Assembly (NCBI GenBank): GCA_050273025.1
Contig: CP158636.1
Location: 8,370,001-8,434,000 of the forward strand
DNA from: Cenococcum geophilum
Taxonomy: Eukaryota
Length of the DNA: 64,000 nt
Direction: 5' to 3'
The notes beneath the pieces are model-generated. The model saw only the letters and a list, made by a program, of their open reading frames with translations, had not been told where the DNA came from and did not search any database. The translations under genes and the position numbers were made by a program. Shown in pieces: positions 11,801 to 22,760 of this stretch. Positions within the stretch are counted from its first letter, which is position 1. Every line of letters begins with the position of its first letter.

Positions 11801-14791
11801 ACCTAGGGTCTATCCTAATTTAGTAAAAGGCCTAGCGGATATTAAGCTTTATAAAAACCTTAGCTCTACTTATTTAGGTAAGAGTTTTATTAAGTAAGGG
11901 CAGCGGGTAGCGGTCCTTGCGGGTTATATTATTTAGCTTACGGTAGTTAATGCAGAAGCGCAGTCCTCTATTTAGCTTTTTAATAAAGAGAATAGGTAAG
12001 TTAAAAGGGGCTTAGCTAGGCTCAATAAAGCCCTTATTTAGGTTATTAATAAGGTACTACTTTATAGCCTATAATTTGGTAATAGACTATAGGTAAAGAG
12101 GGCTAAAGCTAAGGGTGCTTCCCTTATCTTACTTGATCTTAATCTTATAGTTATATAGTTAGTGGGGTAGAAGCATATTAGACGCTATCTTAGAGAATAT
12201 GTCCTTAAATTTCTAGTATTAATTAGGCAGTTTTTGCTCTACTAGTTCTTTATCTATAAGCCCGCTTTTTTATCTACTAAGCTCACTTTCCTTTTCCTTA
12301 ATTATTTAGTTAATTTTGTATAGGCTAGTTATAAAGGCAACGGTATTAGGCTGAACTAGGTTCTAGTAGAATCCTACAGCGCTAATGCAGCAGATATTAA
12401 CTGGTGGGAGGTCCGTAGGTTTCTTTGGCGTTTATTAGGCCGTAGTTTGCGGTATAAGGTTTATAGTCTTCCTTAGCTTACGTTTTATTTTCCGTAAGTT
12501 ATCCTTCCTATCTATTAGTTTAATGTAGCGTCTAATATCCCTAGCTTTCCTTTATAGCTTCGTGGGGTTCTCCATAGGGAACTTAGCTAGGTCACTACCG
12601 ACTTTTTAGGTCTTTAGTGCGGGTGGCGTAATATAGGTAGTCTGGGGGCGGCGTAGTATATAGATCCGTTGCGGGTTAAGCTGTACGTCCTTCTTAAAGG
12701 CCTAGTCTCTACGTATAGCATTAGCCTAGTAAATGGTATTAATCTAGGGCCGTATAAGGTTTTCTATTATAATGCTAATTTCTTTTATAAAGGAAGGGGT
12801 TAGGGGTAGAGTTTTAGGCTAGATAAGCTGTTTACTCCGTACTTTAAGCTGCAAGCCTAAATAGGCTAGCTATTTTCTTTCTAAGATTATATTATGGCTT
12901 CCTAAGTCTATAATAAGAAAGGGGATATTATACTACCTTTATCCGTTAACGCGGAGGTAGATCCGCAAGATAGTTATAATAGGTGGCCCTATCTATCCGT
13001 TATAACCGTAAATAGGGATTAGTTTAGGCAGTTTTTTAAAGGGTGCATTTAAAAAGTTAGCTAGTTTTATAGCGCACTTTATATTAATTAAGGTAAAGGC
13101 ATTTACTCCTAAGTTAGCTAAAGTAGAGGTTAAAACTTAATATCTATTGCGAAATAAAGTATAAGGGATAGTGTAGCTTCTTTTACCAACTAGCTGACCT
13201 AGATTAATATATAATATATTAATCCCTTTTAACCCTAAAGAGGAGTTTTTCTTTAGGGTTTCTCTTTTTCCGGCTCTATACTGTCCTCCTAAATTAATAG
13301 GACCTTATTTGTCCTTGCCTTTATTAGGCAGTTCCTTACAGGGTAGCCTATTTAACCGCACGAGAAGTAAGCTCCTTAATTGCTAAGGGCCTATATATAG
13401 GGGTCGCTATATATAGGCCGGGTGTACACTAGGCCCACAGTAGGGGTAGCTGCGCGGCTAGCTGCTAGGTTAGTTATAGGAGTTGCCAATCGTGCCGGGG
13501 CACTATGGGCTGTACTTATAGTACTTATAGCCTAGTTTGCAAGGTTTCTAGTTTTTAGCTAGTTAGCACGTGCCTTAATTTAACAAAGGCCTTAGTTAAT
13601 AGCTAGGCAATAGTCCGTAAGTTCCTTTAACGTCTATACTATAGTATAAGCTAGTAATACGGCCTACTATAGGTCTAGGGTAAGCTTGTTAAAGAGGTCT
13701 AGTAGTAGGTCTTCCTGGGGGATCTAGGCCTGTCCGGCTAGGTATAGAAAGCGGGTTTAGAAGGCCGAAAAGGTCTCCGTTGTTTTTATATTTAGGCTTT
13801 TATAGCTAAGGCGGGCGTTCTATACTTTAAAAGGGTCCTTATAAATAGAAGATAAGTATTTAATTATTTCTTCTTTAGAGATAAAGGGGTTTATTAAGTC
13901 TTTAGTGTATTGCGGGCGTAAATGCATCTGGGCGTCTCCGCCAGTACGGCCGAAGACGTAGGCTATTTTAGCTCAGGCGTTAGGGAAGTAGTCTGCATTA
14001 ACTTTAAGCTTGTCCCGTAATTAAAGCTTCTAATTATTAAATATAGGGTTGGTTCCGTCTGTAAGTAGTAGGGGGTCCGCGACCTTTACTAACTGCTTTG
14101 GTGCTATATAGGCCTTAGTAGATCTACTAAGGCGCTAGGATAGGGCCCAAAGGACTATAGTAAGTCTTTAGTTATCTAATAATGACTCATTATTAGATAT
14201 AGGGGTATCTCTGGCTTTAAGCAGCTCTCGTAATTGTTTAATTTCGGCATTGGCAGCTGTAAGCTCCGCCTAGGGGGTTAAAACGTTAATTATTTCTTTA
14301 TCTAAAGTATTTAAGGGTCCTACAGCTGCTTTACCTGCTGCTGTGGTTTATGGTATAGTGGTAGGGGTATTAGGTAATTCTGGGTAATTTCTTTAGGGGT
14401 TCTGGTCTGTATATATCTTATAGGTCCTTTCCTTAGAGTTCTGTTCTTTTCTTTTAGGTCCTGTCCTTGTAGTCCTAGTAATGTCCTTAAGGTCCTATTC
14501 TGTGTTCTTGTAGATATATTTAAGTTCCTTCTTAGAAAGAAAGAGTAGAGTAAGCTTTAGATAATATTAGCGACTTAGTTAATTAAGACATAAGTACGGC
14601 AAAATAGTCGCGCAAGCCTATACGATTGGATTGTCTATAAATAAGAATCTAAAGCTAAAGAAAGGAAAGGAGAAGAAGGGGAGCGCCGCTCGAAGCTATA
14701 TACGATCTTCACGTCACGTGACCGCAATATGCGGCAATCTGTAGTAACTTGCCGGTGCGTAGTTCTGCTAAGTTCTGCTAGTGCCGTAACA
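8812..14791 (-). mobile_element. Ty3/Gypsy chromovirus D, full length ~6.0 kb, RIP-inactivated
   Basis: 227-bp LTRs at 8812-9038 and 14565-14791, TSD GGAGA, PPT AGGGGGGGGTAA on the minus strand. Gag, protease, RT (AYLNNIIIY ~11635-11660), RNase H, integrase and chromodomain (~9270-9430) lie on the minus strand. Confidence 0.94.
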
Positions 14792-15562
14792 GGAGATGCC
14801 TATACTTTTATTAACTTAGTTATTTATAGTAAACTTAGTAAGCGGTAGGTAGTTAACCTAGTTATCCTATATAAAGCTAATAAAAGTATAAAGGTACTTA
14901 TTTACGGCAGCGTTAATAATTTTAGTTTAGCTGTCTATTTCTGGGTGCTAGGCTAAGCTTAGTCTTAAGGTTATCTTAAGGCGTTTACTTAGTCGTTGCT
15001 AGAAGTTGTTAATAAATTATATACCGCGATTAGAGATAATTGTGCTTAGTATACTATAGAGCTTATATATATTATTAATAAAACTATTAACTAGCTCCTC
15101 TATTAAGAGTCCTATTACTAAAATAAGGTATCGCATTTTAGTTAGGCGGTCTATAATAATAAGGATATATTTATATACCTTACCATAGCATTAGTATACT
15201 ATAGTTAATTAAAATATTGGTTTATAGGTAAGCGGGTAGTTTTAATAGCTTTAGGAAACTAGGTGGGGCAAAATAAGGGGTTTTAGTACATCGGGAAAAT
15301 ATTCGCAGGCTGGGTTTCAAGTCGACTTTGTTAAGCGCGTTTCGCGTAATTAACCAACTTGACACATTCAAAAGTTAAATAACACGCAGTTGACCAACTT
15401 GATATATTTAAAAGTTAAATAACACGTAATTGACCTATAATTGACCTGCAATTAACCAACTTAATATATTTAAAAGTTAAATAACACGCAGTTAACTAAC
15501 TTATATATTTCTTAATATACAATTAAGGTAATATAATATAATATTTTTAAGTTATATGCTCA

Positions 15563-15790
15563 AGAGGCTCTGCACGAGGCTCTGCACGAGGCTCTGCACG
15601 AGGCTCTGCACGAAGCTCTGCACGAAGCTCTGCACGAAGCTCTGCGACAGAGGCTCTGCACGAAGCTCTACACGAAGCTCTACACGAAGCTCTACGTACA
15701 GAGGCTCTGCACGAGGCTCTGCGCGAAGCTCTGCGTACGGAGGCTCTACACGAAGCTCTGCGTACGGAGGCTCTACACGAAGCTCTACAT
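15563..15790. repeat. 12-bp minisatellite (AGGCTCTGCACG)n with variants
   Basis: Directly visible tandem array; it is the source of three spurious overlapping ORFs in the track. Confidence 0.95.
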
Positions 15791-15892
15791 CGGGTCCCCG
15801 CACGTGCCTCTGCCAAGTTACCCCCTTTGCAGCCACCTTATTTTTTACCCTTCCTTATATCCTCCCTACCTTAGGAGGCACTGGAACGGCAG

Positions 15893-16070
15893 CCAGTAGA
15901 AGACCGTCGCTAGAACCAGACAACCGTCGCCAGAACCAGACGACCGTCGCCAGAACTAGATGACCGTCGCCAGAACTAGACGACCGTCGCCAAAACCAGA
16001 TGACCGTCGCCAGAACTAGACAACCGTCACCAGGACCAGATAACCGTCGCCAGAACCAGACGACGACCGT
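15893..16070. repeat. 20-bp minisatellite (CGTCGCCAGAACTAGACGAC)n, array 1
   Basis: About 8 tandem units. Confidence 0.93.
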
Positions 16071-16301
16071 TCAAACGACTAGCCAGTAAACACCACGAAC
16101 AATTTAATTAATTAATCAATCGAATTGAACCAGAGCTTTGATATCGGCCCGTTACCGAATCGAATTAAGACTTCCTAGGGAGGCACCCCAGACGACTACC
16201 GTTTGAATGTATAGCCAGCGAACGGCTATAGAGAACGATTCGAATCAATAAGAGCCTTCGATTAGGCCAACTCCTCCCCCGAATTAAACCAGACACTAAC
16301 G

Positions 16302-16405
16302 CAGGCAGGTAGGCAGGTAGGTAGGCAGGTAGGTAGGTAGGTAGGTAGGTAAACAAATAAGTAGGTAGGCAGACAAGTAGGTAGGTAGGCAGGTAGGTAG
16401 GTAGG
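16302..16405. repeat. (AGGT/AGGC)n microsatellite
   Basis: Tetranucleotide run following the first ~250-bp spacer. Confidence 0.93.
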
Positions 16406-16409
16406 AGAG

Positions 16410-16895
16410 GACTGTTGCCAGAACTAGACGACCGTCGCTAGAACTAGACGACCGTCGCCAGAACTAGACGACCGTCGCCAGAACTAGATGACCGTCGCTA
16501 GAACCACGACCGTCGCCAGAACTAGACGACCGTCGCCAGAACTAGATAACCGTCGCCAGAACTAGACGACCGTCGCTAAAACTATAACCGTCGCCAGAGC
16601 TAGACGAACGTCGCCAGAACTAGATGACTGTCGCCAGAACCAGATGACCGTCGCCAGAACTAGATAACCGTCGCCAGAACTAGACAACCGTTGCCAGAAC
16701 TAGACGACCGTCGCCAGAACTAGACGACCGTCGCTAAAACTAGACGACTGTCGCTAGAACTATAACTGTCGCTAGAACTAGACGAACGTCGCCAGAACTA
16801 GATGACCGTCGCCAGAACTAGATAACCGTCGCCAGAACTAGACGACCGTTGCTAAAACTAGTAGACGACCGTTACCAGAACCAGACGACGACCGT
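16410..16895. repeat. 20-bp minisatellite (CGTCGCCAGAACTAGACGAC)n, array 2
   Basis: About 24 tandem units, a few of them 17 bp. Confidence 0.95.
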
Positions 16896-17114
16896 TTAAA
16901 TAACCAGCCAGCGAACACCACAAATGATTTAATCGATTAATTGAATTAATCTAGAGCCTATTACCAAATCGAATTGAATTAAGGCCTCCTAGGGAGGCAC
17001 CCTAGATGACTACTGTTTAAATGTACAGCCAGCGAATGGCTATGGAGAACGATTTAAATTAATTAGAGCCTTTAATCGGGCCGACCTCTCCCCCGAATTG
17101 AATTAGACACTATA

Positions 17115-17587
17115 GGCAGATGTAGACAGGTAGGCGATGTAGATAGGTAGATAATGCAGATAGGTAGACGATGTAAACAGGTAGGCGATGTAGACAGGTA
17201 GGCGATATAGATAGGTAGGTAATGCAGATAGGTAGGTAATATAGATAGATAGACGATGTAGACCGGTAGATAATATAGATAGGTAGGCGATACAGATAGG
17301 TAGATAATATAGATAGGTAGGTAATGCAGATAGGTAGGTAATATAAATAGGTAGGTAATGTAGACAGGTAGGTAATGTAGATAGGTAGACGATGTAGACA
17401 GGTAGATAATGTAGATAGGTAGGCGATGCAGACAGGTAGGTGATGTAGATAGGTAGGTAATGTAGATAGGTAGACAATGCAGACAGATAGGTGATGTAGA
17501 TAGGTAGGTAATGCAGATAGGTAGGTAATGTAGATAGGTAGGTAATGTAGATAGGTAGATAATGCAGATAGGTAGCAGATGTAGACA
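17115..17587. repeat. 17-bp minisatellite (GTAGGTAATGTAGATAG)n
   Basis: About 27 tandem units; source of the spurious 161-aa ORF. Confidence 0.95.
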
Positions 17588-19380
17588 TAATAGATTATAT
17601 AAAGAAGTGTATATAATTTATCTTGCTAGCTTTATAAATGGCTTTAAAGTAGTCTTTATTATCTAAAATTATAAGTTATATAGGTTGCGTAGGTTGCGTA
17701 GGTTATGTAGGTTATATAGGCTATACGTAGGCTGCGCGCAGGCTGCACGTAGGCTGCGTATTAAATGAACTCGACATAGGCTGGTTTGTCAAGTTGGTTA
17801 ATGCCCTTAATGGTCCGCTAACGACGCTAACTTCTAGCAGCTGAGGTCATTTACAAGGGACAATATTTTGCCGATGTATTAAAGTATAGGGTATAGTCTT
17901 TAATAAAGGTAGCTATAAATTAGGAGATTCCTAGCCACTAGTATATTTAGTTTAAGAGGTTAAGGGTCTTAACCCAGCTAGGGTAACTAGTGGGGCCGCT
18001 ACTATAAGAGTAATAGATAACTTTTAGGCGGAGGTCTAGGGCGTTAAGGATAAAGAGATATTAGCGGAAGTAGATCTATCCGTTAATAATACTATATTCT
18101 AACTTATTATAATAAAGTAATTTTCTAATTTTCTTTAGCTAATGGCAAGCTTTCTAATTATATAAGGCCGCTACTATATTTCTTGCGAGTTTGTTCTCCT
18201 AATATCCTAACTAGATTAACTTATCTAGTAACTTTTCGGCTATTTTAGGGTCTAAAGCGGCTATAAACTTTGTATTATTAGAGTTATAGGACTTATATAG
18301 CAATTCTTTTAAGATTATAGGGTTAATTTTCTAGGGCGGTATAATGACTTAGGCTTAGTAGCGGAGGCGTTTATTATTAGTATCCTTAGGCCTTATTTCT
18401 AGTAGCTAGCTTAGGGCGTTAGGGAGCGTGGCTTTGCTATTAGGTCTATATATAATTATAAAGTTAAACTATAAAAGGAACTCTGCCTACTAAACTTGGC
18501 GTTAATTTAGCTGCTTAGTAGTTATAAACGTCTATAGGTTTTTATAGTTAGTAATAATTTTAAACGGCTCCTTAGTCCCTTATAGCTTAGGATACTATTC
18601 CTCTAAAGCCTTAATAATAGCTAAGAGTTCTTTATTATAGATTTTATAGTTATACTTTAGCGCAGAGTACTTTACGGAGAAGAATGCGACCGGTCTTAAT
18701 TTACCGTTATTATTATACTAAAAAAGGACTCCGCCAGAAGCCTAATTTAATATATCTATCTCTACTACTGTCTTCTTTATATAGTTATAATATACTAGTA
18801 CTGGTGCTAAGGTAAAGGCTCCCTTAAGGGCCTTAAACGATTTGGCTTATTCTGGTCCCTATAGCTATCCAATATCCTTCTTTAGGAGTTTTATTATAGG
18901 TGTAGCAACGGCAGAGTAGCCTTAGATAAATTATTAGTAGAAGTTCGCGAAGCTAAGAAATTATTATAGTTCTTTAATTAATATTGGGTCCTTCTATTCC
19001 TATAAGGCTTGTACCTTTTTAGGGTTTATAGTTATGCTATTAGTTAAGATAATTAAGCTAAGGTATTTTGTTTTAGTAAAGTAAAACTTAGACTTATTAA
19101 TATTAACCTAAAGTTTAGTATTACTAAGTCTTTAAATAACTTCATTTATATACTTAGTGTGCTTAGTATATGTTTTAGAAAAGATAAGGACGTTATTAAG
19201 GTAGGCAGTATAGTAGTTATTAAGGGCGTTATATAAAATATAATTAATATAGTTTTAAAATATAGCGGGTGCGTTATAGAGGCTAAATAGTATAATTAGT
19301 ATTTTATAGAGTCCGAACTAGGTAATAAATGCTATAAGCTACTTATAGCCCTCTATAATCCGGATTTAGTTAAACGTAAT

Positions 19381-19612
19381 TGTAACCGACTATTGGTACT
19401 ATGCTGTTGTCGACCTAAGATCGGACTTACTTACTACCGTCTCACTACCTCAGCTGCTTACCCCTGCATATCTTACCATTTAGCTGCTTACCCTTGTAAT
19501 TCTTATCACCTGTCTCTATTCCTTATATCTTCCTTATATATATATAGAGAGCCTCTAGAGCTACATTTACAATTAAGTCGTTCACTTAATTCTCCCACAT
19601 TATACTGTTACA
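19381..19612. mobile_element. Solo LTR (232 bp) inserted in the RT of Gypsy B
   Basis: TGTAAC...GTTACA inverted termini, TSD GTAAT (19376-19380, 19613-19617), TATA-like TATATATATA; B RT sequence continues on both sides. Confidence 0.9.
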
Positions 19613-21202
19613 GTAATAATTATATTAAGTTTAGTAAAGTACTTAGTATTATAAAGTGCGTTAAGTGTCTTATAGATTAGTAGTAGTAGGTACCGATTCT
19701 TAATAGTAACTATATTTAGGCCTTAGTAGTTATAATAAATTTATATACCACTACCGGGCTTAGTAGTAAGGAGGAGTAGTACGGTAGCTAGTAAGGTTAA
19801 TTTGCGGATAAAACCCTTATCTAGTATCTTATTAATCCACTTTTTTATATACCTAAGTTTAGTAGGTAAGAGCAGTCTGTTTTTATAGTATAGGGCCTAG
19901 TTTCTAGGAATAATCTTAATTTTATGGTCCCATAGTTGGTAAGGGGGCAGCTTATCTATATTTTTAGGGAGAAAGTGCTTAATATATTTGCGGAACTCTA
20001 TTAGTAAGCATTATAAAATATCTTTATAGGTTAATCCTGGTTTACCTTTTAGAAAATTTTTAATATTAGTATTAACTATCTTCTAGCGTAGAGACTTAGG
20101 CTTAGTTTTTAGGTTTGTCTTAAGGAAATTATAAAAATAAGGGGGTAGCGCTTTACGGGCTTCTTTTATTATATAGTGTCGGGAATGAGGCAAGTTGCCG
20201 TCACGTACGGCAAACTGCCGTCACGTGATGGCAAGTTGCCATCACGTGTCGCCGCGGCACTAGCGTGGCGAGGAGCCTTACGTTCCTCGCCCTTCCTCAT
20301 TCTAAATTAATAAGCTTTATTAACCAACATCACTATAACCCTACTCGAGTAGTTGTTATTGGTGAGTTACCCTATATAACTAACACTAATTAGTGGTTAA
20401 ATATACAGTTAACTATAGAGCAGCTAGGTTTTCAAACAGAAGAGATAGTTTTATATAGGGGTGCTATATACGCTTATATGAAATGGATCCTAATAATACT
20501 ATACTACCTTAGACTTATAGAAAACTAGTAATAAAAGTGTTATTAAGTACTAGGAGATACTAAGTTGCGTTTATTATATAGAACAACCGCATTTATAAAG
20601 ATTTAGTTAAGTACTTTAGGTTAGAAGTATTACTAAACCTAGGGTTCTAAGTTAACGTCTAAAACGCGTTAAATAATATCTTAAATTGCCTACCTCTTAA
20701 TAGTAAACCTATAAGATTTTATAAAACCGAAAATCCTATCTACCTTTAACGTATAATACTCCGTTAATTTTATACCTATTATAGCGTTAACCTACCTAAA
20801 GAAGTATAAGGAAGATATTAACCTAAAGATATAAAATAAAGCTATAATTAACCTTGCAAATATTAATAAATAAGACTTAAATGGATTTTTATTATACCGT
20901 ATAGCATATTATAAGGATAATAAATATAATAATACCGCGCTATAGGAATATATAAAGGAGGACTTTATTAGATAAATAAAGGAAACATAGGCCCCTATAA
21001 ATAAGGATATTATATAGGACTTCTATAACTTCCTTTAGAAGAATAGAGTATTTGTCCTTAAGGATAGGGGTATTATTAGAGATAATATTTAGGAGTAGGT
21101 TATTAATATAAAAAAAGAGCATAAATAGACTTTATAAGAGATTAAGCACTAACTATATACTATAAGGAAGCTTAACTTATAATAGAACCTAAGTAATATA
21201 CC

Positions 21203-21488
21203 CCCCCTTCGCTCCTCCGTCGTCGTCTCCCCCTTCGCTCCTCCGTCGTCGTCTCCCCCTTCGCTCCTCCGTCGTCGTCTCCCCCTTCGCTCCTCCGTCG
21301 TCGTCTCCCCCTTCGCTCCTCCGTCGTCGTCTCCCCCTTCGCTCCTCCGTCGTCGTCTCCCCCTTCGCTCCTCCGTCGTCGTCTCCCCCTTCGCTCCTCC
21401 GTCGTCGTCTCCCCCTTCGCTCCTCCGTCATCGTCTCCCCCTTCGCTCCTCCGTCGTCGTTTCCCCCTTCGCTCCTCCGTCGTCATCG
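21203..21488. repeat. 26-bp minisatellite (CCCCCTTCGCTCCTCCGTCGTCGTCT)x11
   Basis: Nearly perfect tandem array starting exactly at the 5' end of the insertion. Confidence 0.97.
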
Positions 21489-21549
21489 CTAGGACACCCC
21501 TAGCTATATAGCCCCTACGGACACATCACCAGACGCCAAATACCAGACA

Positions 21550-22760
21550 CATCACAACCTCTACTACAACCAGTCTACAGCCATTACGCTACAGACAACC
21601 TCCACCACAACCTATCTACAGCCATTAGGCTGCAGATAACCTCCATAACCTATCTACAGCCATCAGGCTGCAGACGACCTCCACAACCTGTCTACAGCCA
21701 TCAGGCTATAGATAACCTCCACAACCTGTCTACAGCTATTAAGCTACAGACAACCTCCGCAACCTATCTATAGCCATTAAGCTATAGACGACCTCCGCAA
21801 CCTGTCTACAGCTATCAAGCTGCAGACGACCTCCGCAACCTGTCTACAGCCATTAAGCTGTAGACGACCTCCGCAACCTATCTACAGCCATCAAGCTACA
21901 GACGACCTCCACAACCTATCTACAGCCATTAGGCTACAGACGACCTCCGTAACCTGTCTACAGCCATTAAGCTGCAGACGACCTCCGCAACCTATCTACA
22001 GCCATTAAGCTATAGACAACCTCCGCAACCTGTCTATAGCCATTAAGCTGCAGACGACCTCCGCAACCTGTCTACAGCCATCAAGCTACAGACAACCTCC
22101 GCAACCTATCTACAGCCATCAAGCTACAGACGACCTCCGCAACCTGTCTACAGCTATCAAGCTACAGACGACCTTCGCAACCTATCTACAGCCATTAAGC
22201 TGCAGACGACCTCTACTACAACCTATCTACAGCCATTAAGCTGCAGACGACCTCTACCACAACCTGTCTACAGCCATTAAGCTGCAGACGACCTCTACCA
22301 CAACCTATCTACAGCCATCGGGCTACAGACGACCTTCGCAACCTGTCTATAGCCATCGGGCTATAGTCGACCTTCGCAACCTGTCTATAGCCATCGGGCT
22401 ATAGTCGACCTTCGTAACCTGTCTATAGCCATCGGGCTGTAGTCGACCTTCGCAACCTGTCTATAGCCATCGGGCTATAGTCGACCTTCGCAACCTGTCT
22501 ATAGCCATCAGGCTATAGTCGACCTTCACAACCTGTCTATAGCCATCGGGCTGTAGTCGACCTTCGCAACCTGTCTATAGCCATTAGGCTGTAGTTGACC
22601 TTTACAACCTGTCTACAGCCATTAGGCTGTAGACGACCTCTACTATCTACAGCCATCGCGCTACAGACGACCTCTATAACCTATCTACAGCCATCACGCT
22701 ACAGACGACCTCTCCACAACCTGTCTACGGCCATTGCGCTACAGATAACCTCTACCACAA
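21550..22760. repeat. 38-bp hairpin-containing minisatellite (ACAACCTGTCTACAGCCATCAGGCTGCAGACGACCTCC) x ~30
   Basis: 38-bp period (e.g. 21683, 21721), with blocks of sub-variants along the array. Confidence 0.95.

Larger units (their letters stand above)
15289..17876. mobile_element. Non-autonomous TIR DNA element (Tc1/mariner-superfamily-type TA TSD), filled with minisatellites, no transposase
   Basis: TIRs CATCGGGAAAATATT (15289-15303) and AATATTTTGCCGATG (17862-17876), 1 mismatch, with TA on both sides. Removing the element plus one TA restores the B integrase frame (DYTLYFNTKTPY). Subterminal inverted TAACCAACTTGACA/TGTCAAGTTGGTTA. Confidence 0.85.

Noticed and set aside
15547..17588. 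ORFs of 89-161 aa in the ORF track
   Set aside because: They are translations of the 12-, 4- and 17-bp tandem repeats, open in several frames, with no domain.
20940..21122. Twice-occurring 60-aa ORF (also 30620-30802)
   Set aside because: Antisense to Copia gag; it recurs only because H and I are copies of one family.
21172..21486. Arg/Gly/Glu-rich ORFs
   Set aside because: The 26-aa periodicity is simply three copies of the 26-bp repeat.
21550..22760. CRISPR-like array of palindromic ~38-bp repeats
   Set aside because: Units are contiguous with no unique spacers, there are no cas genes, and the context is eukaryotic.
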